From: Macrostomum lignano
Lineage: Eukaryota
Direction of reading: 5' to 3'
Assembly: GCA_002269645.1 (NCBI GenBank)
Contig: NIVC01000662.1
Coordinates: 124,001 to 188,000, forward strand
Length of the DNA stretch: 64,000 nucleotides
Below the pieces are notes generated by a model. The model had not been told where the DNA came from. It saw only the letters and a list, made by a program, of their open reading frames with translations, and did not search any database. A program made the translations under genes and the position numbers. Of this stretch, positions 23,821 through 34,842 are shown one piece after another (position 1 is the first letter of the stretch; the number at the start of each line of letters is the position of its first letter).

Positions 23821-24380
23821 TCGCTTTTGACGCTCTAGATAAGACTTTAGACATTCAAAATAAGACTGCATAGGATCGCAAGCAAGGCCAGGCTAGCCAC
23901 GGCCAGAGCAAGCCCAGTCTTGGCTGCAGGGATGGCTTGGCCATAGACTAAAAAATGGAATATCAAAATGAGAATAAGACGCTCAATATGAGACCGGGAG
24001 TGAACGTAATTTATTTGCTTTTTGGCAGTCACCATACAAGATACAAACAGCTAAGGAGAAATTAGGCAATTTCTGACGGTCTGCTGCAGGAATCGATGGT
24101 GCCATCACAGTGAAATCCAAGGGGTCAGATGCAACCCAAGGGGTGAAGAAGGAGAGCTGGCTGAGGGTCAGAGGGTTAGAGCGATATCTGAAGGCTTTCA
24201 CACTCAGTCTCATATTGAGCGTCTTATTCTCATTTTGATATTCCATTTTTTAGTCTATGGCCAAGCCATTCCTGCAGCCAAGACTGGGCATGCTCTGGCC
24301 GTGGCTAGCCTGGCCTTGCTTGCGATCCTATGCAGTCTTATTTTGAATGTCTAAAGTCTTATCTAGAGCGTCAAAAGCGA
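23821..24380. mobile_element. Foldback/MITE A, ~175-bp near-perfect inverted arms, TA-flanked
   Basis: TCGCTTTTGACGCTCTAGATAAG...CAATATGAGA (23821-about 23993) is reverse-complemented at about 24208-24380. TA lies on both sides. Confidence 0.85.
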
Positions 24381-24408
24381 TACTAGCTATCTACATGCAC
24401 GTGTGAGT

Positions 24409-24707
24409 CATGGATGAATAATTTAACTGGATCGCCAGAAGCTCGATTTTTTTGGTCCTAGCCATAGACAAGCACCAGCATCACAAGAAGATCAGAATGC
24501 CGTACTTTCACCCTGCATATATTGCGAGCATGTGTTGTACATAAAATAGAATACTTATAAATAAAGGTTTGCAGCTTCTGCAGCGGCTATTTGTCTATGT
24601 GTGAAAGTACGGCATTCTGAGCTTTTTGTGATGCTGGTGCTTGTCTATGGCAAGGACCAAAAAAATCGAGCTTCTGGCGATCCAGTTATATTTATTATTC
24701 ATCCATG
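24409..24707. mobile_element. hAT-type MITE B (299 bp), ends CATGGATGAAT
   Basis: About 100-bp inverted arms. Exact 8-bp TSD GTGTGAGT at 24401-24408 and 24708-24715. Confidence 0.92.
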
Positions 24708-24966
24708 GTGTGAGTTCGTTGCATACTTTTTAGATTCTTATGTTTAGATTCTTATACACTAACTCTTAACTCTGAACTGGGGTCGCTTCAGAAGACTACC
24801 ACTAAAAGAACGACTGGCAACAACAAGCTACATGTACAAATAAACAAAATAGAAAAACTCGAAGCAAAAATGTTGCATTTAAAAAATTTTGAGTGTTGTA
24901 TATAGTTGCTCTTATGTATCGCATAACCATTTCTAACATTCATTGGAGTAATTTCGACGTATTATA

Positions 24967-25600
24967 CACTCAGCAACATTTAAAACGCAACATTCTAACT
25001 AGAAGAAAAATCAACTCACTCAGAAGAGTCAAAGCGCATAGTCTATGGTTCAAATCGAGCTTCAGAAACGCGTGTAGCTTCCTCTCGCAAGTAACAGGGC
25101 GATGACTATGGACTGTTTTCAGATAGAGTGATCCAGCTGAGAGAATGGTTCAACTGATGACAGACGCGGAAAGATGGCGAGCAGTCGGAATGTTGAAAGC
25201 AGGTTGTACTCTTCGAACAGTTGCGAACCACTTCGGGAGGTCGCCTTCAACAGTTTTACGTCTGCTACAGAAGAGCAGAGCCACTGGAAGCGTGGCTCAC
25301 GCGAGAAAAGGTACGGTGCTTCACCAACTTCGCAGTACAACAGCTGTTGTTCGAAGAGTACAACCTGCTTTCAACATTCCGACTGCTCGCCATCTTTCCG
25401 CGTCTGTCATCAGTTGAACCATTCTCTCAGCTGGATCACTCTATCTGAAAACAGTCCATAGTCATCGCCCTGTTACTTGCGAGAGGAAGCTACACGCGTT
25501 TCTGAAGCTCGATTTGAACCATAGACTATGCGCTTTGACTCTTCTGAGTGAGTTGATTTTTCTTCTAGTTAGAATGTTGCGTTTTAAATGTTGCTGAGTG
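24967..25600. mobile_element. Tc1/mariner-derived foldback C containing the transposase N-terminus
   Basis: About 255-bp inverted arms flanked by TA. ORF 25145 MVQLMTDAERWRAVGMLKAGCTLRTVANHFGRSPSTVLRLLQKSRATGSVA resembles a Tc1-type HTH. Confidence 0.9.
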
Positions 25601-26215
25601 TATACTCGTAAATGTCCAGAATTTTTATTTCGATCTTGTCTCCTGACTTAGCAACCCAGTGGGGTTAAGCTTTTGGAAGGTCATATTTTGTTTTACTTCA
25701 ATTTCGATTGAAGAGTTAACTGCGAGATATGCATCACACATGTACTTGGCCTTGGCCGTCAGAATATCGATATCAATGCGGGGAATCAAAGTTGTGCTGT
25801 GCAGAGTTAGTTTAGATAAGACAAGATTCTTTCTTTATCTTGATGGTACTTTTATTTTTATCTTATCTTCAACACACCATGGCATTAGTGGGCACGAAAT
25901 ACTATGCGTAAGGGGGTATTCGCTGTGGCCCCGTGCCCATGGCCGCCCCACCCAAAGTGAAGGCGGTATGTACGTATACATTGGTCACGTGACCAGTTTT
26001 ATTGGTCTTAATTACAAATAAGTCTGTGGGCGGTGGGTGGTGGGGCAGGGGGTAAATGAAAATCCTTTGACTTCGTGGAAGGGGAGGAGCTTTTGCTATA
26101 TAATAAGTCTAGTCTCTTCACTTCGTTTTTGTTACAACTAAGCGAAGCCAAACGTTCTATAGTATACCCGTAGTAATAGACAAGAAAATCATTCGACAAA
26201 AGCTTCAATCAAAGA

Positions 26216-27643
26216 ATGAGCACCCTAGTCAACTTCATCAAAGGCATTAAAGAATCAACCAAACCCGGCGCAGAGGATGCGTGCGATCGGATGCATTTTA
26301 TCTGGACGCCTATGCTTCTTCTGCTCTGCAGCTTAGTAGTCTTCGGCAAGGAGTACATTGGCAATCCAATGCATTGCGTTTTCTCCGGAAATCCGCAGCA
26401 CCATCCTAGTGGATTTTTGGACTTCGCGCAGAGCTACTGCTGGGCTTATGGCACTTACGCCTATTCAAAGGACGCAGCCATCAGGTTAACTGGATACAGG
26501 AAGGATGTTGAAAAGCAGGAAGAATACTGGACCGAGACTATCTCTAACCAGCTCCTCACGTACTATCAATGGGTCCCATATGCTCTGCTAGCCCAATGCG
26601 TGATAACCTACCTGCCCAAGCTCATCTGGCAACTGATTTGCAGCCGGAAATTTGGCTCCGACATCTATTCGCTGATTAGCTTAGCAGCCGAAGCTAGAAC
26701 TAGCAGCGCCAATGAGTTTCGCCAGCAGGCCGACCGCATAGCCGATGTCATTGAACGGTTGCTAATGTACAATCGCGAGTATCGTCATGGCCGACTGCAA
26801 CAATTGAAAGCCACTCTGTACAACCGGTGCAGTTTGCTAGTGCCGAGCAAGCGAACGGGAACCATGCTCACCATACTGTACGTACTCGTGAAGCTCCTTT
26901 GTCTGGCCAATGTAGTTGGCCAGCTATTCTTCATGGCTGTCTTTCTGGGCTTCTGGCGGCGCGGCATATTCACGTTTGGCTGGACTATAGTGCAGAATCT
27001 GAACCATGGGCGCGGCTGGAAGCACACGATGCTGTTTCCGCTGCACACGCTCTGCTATTTGACCACCTCCATTGACCCCGGCACCACGAACGCTTACGTT
27101 GGCCAGTGCACCCTACCAGTGAACATCATCAACGAGAAGGTGTACATTTTGCTATTCTTCTGGTTTGTGTCGCTCGGCGTTGTCACGGTGTTGAGCATTG
27201 CCCGCTGGACCTGCCGGTTGCTGTTCACGCGCAGTCGGGTGAGCTTTGTCAAGTGCCTTCTGTACTTATCGGCGCTGGATAGCTCGGACGCGGAGTCGCG
27301 CCTAGTTGACAAGCTGTCCATCAAATCGTTCATTGAGAAGTTTCTACGTCACGACGGAGTCTTTCTAGTCCTGATGCTTAGCGAAGGCTCCGACAAGGTG
27401 ATCACAGCCGAGGTGCTGCGCCGCCTGTACCAGCGCTGGTGCTGCAACAACAAGCGCCCGGACCTACGCGGCTCAAGCTGGATGCCGCACGATCACAGTC
27501 TGCACGGCAACGACAACGGTGGCGCTACCGCCAAGATTCGCAATCGATCGTTGGGCACCTCGCCGAAGCTTAGCACAGAGTCCGACAGCCAGATGCCGTC
27601 TGCGTCGACAGTTGTTGACGAGAGCGGACTGCTGACTGCTTGA
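26216..27643 (+). CDS. inx: Innexin (gap junction protein), intronless, 475 aa
   Basis: EDACDRMHF..T..LL; EL1 cysteines (GNPMHC...SYCW); signature YYQWVP; four TM segments; EL2 FP..TLC...QCTLPVNIINEKVYILLFFW. Confidence 0.97.
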   Translation: MSTLVNFIKGIKESTKPGAEDACDRMHFIWTPMLLLLCSLVVFGKEYIGNPMHCVFSGNPQHHPSGFLDFAQSYCWAYGTYAYSKDAAIRLTGYRKDVEKQEEYWTETISNQLLTYYQWVPYALLAQCVITYLPKLIWQLICSRKFGSDIYSLISLAAEARTSSANEFRQQADRIADVIERLLMYNREYRHGRLQQLKATLYNRCSLLVPSKRTGTMLTILYVLVKLLCLANVVGQLFFMAVFLGFWRRGIFTFGWTIVQNLNHGRGWKHTMLFPLHTLCYLTTSIDPGTTNAYVGQCTLPVNIINEKVYILLFFWFVSLGVVTVLSIARWTCRLLFTRSRVSFVKCLLYLSALDSSDAESRLVDKLSIKSFIEKFLRHDGVFLVLMLSEGSDKVITAEVLRRLYQRWCCNNKRPDLRGSSWMPHDHSLHGNDNGGATAKIRNRSLGTSPKLSTESDSQMPSASTVVDESGLLTA

Positions 27644-27714
27644 CTGGTGATGTAGCGTTGACTGGCCCAATTCTGTCCATAAGCGTTTAGGGGAGTGTCC
27701 TTGGGAATCGCCCG

Positions 27715-27855
27715 CCTTAAGGAGAGAGTGACCTTGGGATTCACCAGAGTTAAGGAGAGTGACTTTGGGATTCACCCGAGTTAAAGTCTTAAAGAGTGTC
27801 CTTGGGATTCACCCGAGTTAAGGAGAGTGACCTTGGCAATCACTTGAGTTAAATT
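27715..27855. repeat. Short ~30-bp tandem repeat in the innexin 3' region
   Basis: GAGTTAAGGAGAGTGACCTTGGGATTCACC, about 4-5 copies. Confidence 0.75.
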
Positions 27856-28679
27856 AAAAGTAATGAAAATACATTTTAATAATAATTAAAATTAAAACTT
27901 GTTTGTCGACTTTTCATCGTGATTCAGCCAAGTTAATCCAAATATACTAAATCTTAACTATTCTAATTTAGTAACTCTGTTGGGAAGTAAAATAGTAATG
28001 CATGTAACGAATTTTTACAGTACTAAACCGTAGGACTGGGAGGAAGTTGGATGAAAGTTCAATAAGAACTAATCTATGTATCGATGCTATTTTTAAACTG
28101 ATTTGTCTGAGTTGTTTCTGCGTTTGATTTTAAATTCACTTGTTCTTCGTGTTTCTACTATAAGTAATATGAGCTGCTTATGTTTGTACTTTTTCTCTGA
28201 ATCTGAATAGGCTTCCAACATGCAATTGAACTGAACCCAACTGGCTAGCCAAGTATTGGCTGAATTTTCAAGTTCTTCAATAACATTTCCTACATGAATA
28301 CTGCTATAGGTTTCTGACTAACTCTAGCTTTCTTAGAAGTCAATTTCGAACTCAGCCAGTTCGCATTTTCCAACTCATTTTTTTCTGTTTTGGCTTTTCC
28401 ACTTATTGTCTTCGGCTTTCTATTAACTACCGTTGCCAGCTTAGCCAGTGCTACTATCATTGCCCTTTTAATAATTTAATAAACACTTTTTCATTCAAGT
28501 CAATACTTAACAAGGGAACTTCGACTGCTGGTATCATTAATTAAGCCAGTGTTACTAATAAGTCTGCTATATCCTTTGTGTAGATTTAGATTGCTATTTT
28601 TAGTATATTGGATATTTATATTGCCCAGCTTTTGAAGGTAATACATGACCTGTATTTACCTTATGAAGAGCAGTTTCCT

Positions 28680-29540
28680 GTTAGATGAACCATTTTCATG
28701 TTAGATAGACCCGTCTCCTGTTAGATAGACCAGTCTCCTGTTAGATAGACCAGTCTTCTGTTAGATAGACCCGTCTCCTGTTAGATAGACCCGTCTCCTG
28801 TTAGATAGACCAGTCTCCTGTTAGATAGACTCTTCCTCTGTTAGATAGACCAGTCTCCTGTTAGATAGACCCGTCTCCTGTTAGATAGACCAGTCTCCTG
28901 TTAGATAGACCCGTCTTCTGTTAGATAGACCAGTCTCCTGTTAGATAGACCAGTCTCCTGTCAGATAGACCCGTCTTCTGTTAGATAGACCTGTCTCCTG
29001 TTCTGTTAGATAGACCAGTCTCCTGTTAGACCCGTATCCTGCTAGATAGACCAGTCTCGTGTTAGATAGACCCGTCTCCTGTTAGATAGATCAGTCTCCT
29101 GTTAGATAGATCAGTCTCCTGTTAGATAGACCAGTCTCCTGTTAGATAGACCAGTCTCCTGTTAGATAGACCAGTCTCCTGTTAGATAGATCAGTCTCCT
29201 GTTAGATAGACCAGTCTCCTGTTAGATAGACCAGTCTCCTGTTAGATAGACCAGTCTCCTGTTAGATAGACCAGTCTCCTGTTAGATAGATCAGTCTCCT
29301 GTTAGATAGACCAGTCTCCTGTTAGATAGACCAGTCTCCTGTTAGATAGACCCGTCTCCTGTTAGATAGACCCGTCTTCTGTTAGATAGACCAGTCTCCT
29401 GTTAGATAGACCAGTCTCCTGTTAGATAGACCCGTCTCCTGTTAGATAGACCAGTCTCCTGTTAGATAGACCAGTCTCCTGTTAGATAGACCCGTCTCCT
29501 GTTAGATAGACCCGTCTTCTGTTAGATAGACCAGTCTCTA
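28680..29540. repeat. 20-bp minisatellite (GTTAGATAGACCAGTCTCCT)n
   Basis: About 43 units. Confidence 0.97.
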
Positions 29541-29924
29541 CGTTGGAACAGCTCACTGTAAGTCTCAAGCACCTAACAGTCTTTTTTTACTAAACTTTGA
29601 GTAAAAAAATTCCAAGCAATATTTTAAGGCACACTGGAGTTATTTTTACAATTCTCAGAGTAATTTAAATAAGACTTATCCGACACCACCAGAAGAAAAT
29701 TTGACAACTGTAATTTGACTATATACCCTGGTATGGTTAGCATGGGTATGTTAACAAAGAATTTATTGAATAAAAAGATCTGAATCAACTATGACAAACG
29801 CAGCGAAGTACGAGCTACATGTAAAGTAGGAAGCATTGATAAACTGTTACGAAAAACAAAACTGAAGTTGACAAAATCGGATCTATCAGAAAGTCAGTTC
29901 AATTTTGATTTAACTCGAGAATTG

Positions 29925-30970
29925 AAGCTTAGTATAGCATTTTGCAGCCCATTTGGGCCCACGCGCATTGAATTCAATCCAAGATACGTTTGCCACTGTA
30001 ATGGAGCTTTTGTCTATGGTAGCAAAGCTGGCGCAGGGGCATTTCATTTGGTCCAACATGCATCAATTTGGTCCCATGGATGAATGAATAGAATGGATTG
30101 CTATTCTGGCTCTGGCTATTTTCGTTTTTGACTCTTTTGCATCCAGTTCCCCCCCGTGCCTTTTCATTGGTTGATGATTGCCATAGACAATTTTCGGCCT
30201 TTGCCCCTTTCTTTCGATGCACAAGCGCTTTCTTGTTAGTAAATAGAAGTTACTTGTGTTGAAATTGAACTTTGTTGAAATTCTCAGTTCTTTGCGCTTG
30301 TGCATCGAAAGAAAGGGGCGAAGGCCGAAAACTGTCTATGGCAATCATCAACCAATGAAAAGGCACGGGGGGGAACCGGATGCAAAAGAGTCAAAAACGA
30401 AAATAGCCAGAGCCAGAACAGCAATCCATTCTATTCATTCATCCATGTTTGGTCCACAAGCTTCATTTGCAACTGCTGCGGAGGAGCAAGATTGCAGCCC
30501 CAGAATTGTGGACCATACGAGCGTATGCTGGGCTGTCGAACCATTGGCTTGTGATCGAAGCACTCGACAGAGGTGAACACCCAAAGGACATTGCAAGATT
30601 GCTGAATGTAAAGGAAAAGATGGTTTACAGCATCCATCAGCGCGTTGAAACCAATGCCGGCAGAGATTGTCTGCGAAAGGGTGGCAATCGCGGGATCGCC
30701 AAGGCAAGTTGCTCGAGAGCCTCATGTCCAACTGCTACTCGAGGCAGTTGAGACGAACCCTTTGTTGACGATGCAGAAATGCAACAGAAGTTGATCAAGA
30801 AACAGTTCCAGTTGGTTATCAGATTTCGGCTATCGGCGCAGAGCTCTGGGAAAGCGACTGAAAACTGCTGGTAGAAGCTCCATTAAAAGCTCCATTACAT
30901 TAGCAAACCTATCTTGGATCAAATTGAATGCGCGCAGGCCCAAATGGGCTGCAAAAAGCCATAATAAATA
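29925..30970 (+). mobile_element. Internally deleted Tc1/IS630-like element E (host of a nested hAT MITE)
   Basis: About 85-bp imperfect inverted arms: GCAGCCCATTTGGGCC..CCAAGATA.GTTTGC..GTAATGGAGCTTT versus 30885-30960. Inner HTH-like remnant VIEALDRGEHPKDIARLLNVKEKMVYSIHQR, then frameshifted HVQLLLEAVETNPLLTM. Confidence 0.65.
30075..30447. mobile_element. hAT-type MITE D (373 bp), ends CATGGATGAAT
   Basis: About 150-bp inverted arms. Exact 8-bp TSD TTTGGTCC at 30067-30074 and 30448-30455. Confidence 0.92.
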
Positions 30971-31424
30971 ACTGCTAGCATGCGGGCGGTACGCGGCGCA
31001 AAAATGCGGCGCATTTTGTGATAAAATTAAAAATGCAAAATTTTAAACAGAACTTCGTTTGAAATTCTTCCTGTGCTGTACATTGTAAAATCATCAATAG
31101 TATTGCGTGAAAATATCAAAGCAATGAATTCTATCTATAGTCTTTAATAGCACTCAAAAATCAACTAAAAAGTTTACAAGCTTTCAGACTCGAAAATTAT
31201 TGTGCTATGAAAAAGAGAAAAAAATGTGCAAAAGTAAAAAGATTGACTAAATAATGCATTACAAACCAGTATTAATTAACCTGAATTCTGATGCAGCTCG
31301 TTTTACTCGTACAAGGTTTCTTTAAAAGCAGCAGAATCGATTTCAAAACTGCAAGATTTCAAAGCAAAATACAACACAATACAAGATACGTGTCTACGAA
31401 TCAAGTTTGAACTTTGATTTTTTG

Positions 31425-31800
31425 ACATCCTCAACTGACATCATCCCTAATTGACATCATCTCTAATTGACATCATCCCTAATTGACATCACCCCCAACT
31501 GATATCATCCCTAATTGACATCATCCTCAACTGACATCATCCCTAATTGACATCATCCTCAACTGACATCATACCTAATTGACATCATCCCCAACTGACA
31601 TCATCCCCAACTGACATCATCCCCAACTGACATCATCCCCAACTGACATCATCCCCAACCGACATCATCCCCAACTGACATCATCCCCAACTGACATCAT
31701 CCCCAACCGACATCATCCCCAACTGACATCATCCCCAACTGACATCATCCCCAACTGACATCATCCCCAACTGACATCATCCCCAACTGACATCATTCCT
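31425..31800. repeat. 16-bp minisatellite (CCCCAACTGACATCAT)n
   Basis: About 23 units abutting the BTB gene stop codon. Confidence 0.95.
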
Positions 31801-33155
31801 TAAGAGCTCGGCTCCAGACAGACCAGCATCCAGGCCTGCCCGCATCCGCCGATGTCGCTGTCCGCCATCGGCGCCGACACCTCGCCGTATCCGGGCAGCA
31901 CGCTGACAGTTCCTTCGTGGCTCCAGCAGCCGTAGTCCAGCTGGCGAAGCCCAACGTCGGCCTCGGCGACTGGCGGCGCGGTCAGCCGGTGCAGGTCGAC
32001 GGGTCGGCCGCTGTCCGGTTCGACTGGAGCGGCCCAGAGCGTGCAGCCGCTGGCGGCCGGCAGGAAATGAAACCTGACCGACAGGGTCGGCGAGTCGGCG
32101 GGCCCGGCCACAGCCGTATAGAATAGGCGCGAGTCGTGAGTCATTCGGCCAGCCCCGCCCGGCCGCGCCACCAGCCGCAGGCGGAACCAGCCGCGACTGT
32201 CCGCGGTTACCGACTCGACGGCCGATAGCCATTCGGCATCGACTGGGTTCGGGCGCAGCTGACGCAGGCGGCGAATTTGACAGCCGGACAGCAATAGGAG
32301 CAACTCGGCCGGCCGATGGCCGCGGGACAGCAAACCGGCCAGACAGGCCCGGACACTTTCATCCGAGTCCACGGCTGGCCAGCCGAACTCGCAGGCGGCG
32401 ATCAGCGCGTCGGCAGCCGCCTCAGCCGTCGGGCTGGCGGCCAACAGCTGGGCGAACTCACCAGCCTGCAGGCTGGCTAAGAAGGCCCGGCCGCCCGGCA
32501 GACAGTCAGATTCGGACAGCAGCAGCAGGCTGGGCAGGTGGCCGGCCGCCAGGCGCAGGCAGATGGAGCAGGCGCGGCCAAGCCGAAGCCAGCGCAGGTC
32601 GGCGAACTCGGCCAGCCACCACGGCGAGGAATCTTCGCCGTTGTTGTCGCCCTCTTTCCAATTCAGCAGCCGATCGCACAGCACAGTCTCGCAGGCCAGC
32701 CGGACACTATCGGCCAAGTATTTGTCGGCCAGCAGCAGCACTCCGGCCAGCAGAGGCCAGCTGTCCGCAGGCAGCATCTCCGCCACCCTGGCGCAGTCAT
32801 CGGCCAGCAGACACGCGGTCAGAAACGGGCCAAAGCTGACCACGCAGTCGGGAGTCTCGTGAAGCACCAGAAACTGCGACCGTCTGGTTAGTCTGGTGCC
32901 CAGCTGCCGCCAGTCCGGGCTGAGCATCCGGGCAAATACGGGACTGGCGCGGCGCAGCTGATCGATTGGCGCCACGTAGCGCCGGCCGCCAACTAACAGT
33001 TGGACGGAGCCACTCGGAGGCGCCAGGACCAGCGAGCGGCAGCCAGCCGAGCTAGCACCAGCTGTGGCGGCCATCCTGCTTTGTCTCCTTTTGTTATTTC
33101 TGCTTTCAGACGCTTCTGAGCAAGCAGATCTGCCAGCCTGCTGCAGTATCGCCAA
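31800..33155 (-). CDS. BTB/POZ-domain protein (BTB plus degenerate BACK-like region), intronless
   Basis: VQLLVGGRRYVAP...LRRASPVFARML..W...LVLHE..DC...FGPFL ... VLLLADKYL.DSVRLACE is a typical BTB helix pattern. Confidence 0.85.
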   Translation of the reverse strand: MAILQQAGRSACSEASESRNNKRRQSRMAATAGASSAGCRSLVLAPPSGSVQLLVGGRRYVAPIDQLRRASPVFARMLSPDWRQLGTRLTRRSQFLVLHETPDCVVSFGPFLTACLLADDCARVAEMLPADSWPLLAGVLLLADKYLADSVRLACETVLCDRLLNWKEGDNNGEDSSPWWLAEFADLRWLRLGRACSICLRLAAGHLPSLLLLSESDCLPGGRAFLASLQAGEFAQLLAASPTAEAAADALIAACEFGWPAVDSDESVRACLAGLLSRGHRPAELLLLLSGCQIRRLRQLRPNPVDAEWLSAVESVTADSRGWFRLRLVARPGGAGRMTHDSRLFYTAVAGPADSPTLSVRFHFLPAASGCTLWAAPVEPDSGRPVDLHRLTAPPVAEADVGLRQLDYGCWSHEGTVSVLPGYGEVSAPMADSDIGGCGQAWMLVCLEPSS

Positions 33156-33284
33156 TGCGATCTGTCTGCTGTAGTTTTACAGATGCATTAATTAAGCAAG
33201 GTGTTGATTTGGAGATGGATAATGAATAAGAGCTTGTTAGGATAGAATGGATACTTGCACAAAGCGGTAGAGGAAAATGAATGG

Positions 33285-33570
33285 CTAGTGGCCTACGTAC
33301 ATTGGGGGGAAGGGGAGCGGAGTGGCCTGCGTACATTTGGGAAGGGGTTGGCCTAAGTGGCCTGCGTACATTGGGAAGGGGTTGGCCTGAGTAGCCTGCG
33401 TACATTGGGGAAGGGGTTGGCCTGAGTAGCCTGCGTACATTGGGGAAGGGGTTGGCTTGAGTGGCCTGCGTACATTAGGGGAAGGGGTTGGCCTGAGTGG
33501 CCTGAGTACATTGGGGGAAGGGGGCCAGAGTGACCTGCGTACATTGGGGGAAGGAGGGCATGAGTGGCCT
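33285..33570. repeat. ~33-35-bp G-rich minisatellite (GAGTGGCCTGCGTACATTGGGGAAGGGGTTGGCCT)
   Basis: About 8 units just upstream of the BTB ORF. Confidence 0.9.
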
Positions 33571-34424
33571 ACCGCCAAAATCGCTCGTAGGAAAATTAAT
33601 GAAGACGTTAATACTTCAGGAACAATAAATGACAATTAGTATAGTATTAGTATATTTGGATTACAGTGAGATTTATAAACAGTTGATAAACGCGTGGAAG
33701 CAACTTTGGTGTTTTAATCTTGAGTGTTTATGCAATACATAATAAATATCTTTAAGAGGCAAAAAACAACCCAACAGAGTGGTTGCTGCTTTTGCCGTGT
33801 AGACTTTAGATTAATATATAATGCCAAAATAAAAACGGTTTCTAATACATACACTTGCAAGCACAGATATATAGATATAGACATATTAATATATCGTTAA
33901 CGTAGTTTAACAACAATTAAATGCAAATGGAATGTTTTTTGCTGAGTCAGTAAAAAGTTTATAATTTATAAACATCTTTGAAGACAAGATTGCAAAACCA
34001 ATCGCGCAGCGAGGAATGTTGGCGGCAAGATATAAATAAACAACAAAAAAGGTATATGAACACCTTCGAACCAGATAAAAATGTGATTAATATCGCCATC
34101 AATAAAACATATGATGTGAACTGTTGGTAGTGCTCGGAATAAATTGCAAAGTGATATAATAAAAATCTATAGTTGTTAAAATATTGCCAGTGATTAAAGT
34201 GCTGGATATTAGTGGGTAGAAGAAACCAGAGTGACTGACAAACAGCTGAGTTGGCACACTATCGCCATCGTGACACAAAACCAGCACGGCTGTGCAGAGT
34301 TGTGGGTCGCAAATATTTTTAACAAGGATAAACTCAGAAGCAAGACTGCCGGATAGATAACAGAACAAAGAGAAACTTTTTCTGTAATGCTTCGCTTACC
34401 TCAGGTAGGTAAATATCTATGGAT

Positions 34425-34559
34425 CTATCCTTCTATCTATCTGTCTATCTATCTATCTATCTATCTATCTATGTATCTATCTATCTATCTATCTATGTAT
34501 CTATCTATCATCAATCAATCAATCAATCAATCAATCAACCAATCAACCAATCAACCAAT

Positions 34560-34590
<31 letters not shown>

Positions 34591-34605
34591 CCAATCAATC
34601 AATCA

Positions 34606-34636
<31 letters not shown>

Positions 34637-34645
34637 ATCTATCTA
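34425..34645. repeat. Compound microsatellite (TCTA)n(TCAA)n(TCTA)n
   Basis: Seen directly. Confidence 0.95.
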
Positions 34646-34842
34646 AACAATTCACGGATCTATTAATCGACTGATCAATGAAACTCTAAATTACTCAAGA
34701 AAGTAATTTTCCCTGAGTACAGTTTTTCTACTTAGCCCTTAAGGAAACAACAACTTGCCAGTGATGAGCAAACTTTCATGACAAAAGGATTGCAGACTCA
34801 GTTACTACTAACACACAAACTAATTAGTTTTGGTCTTTCGAG

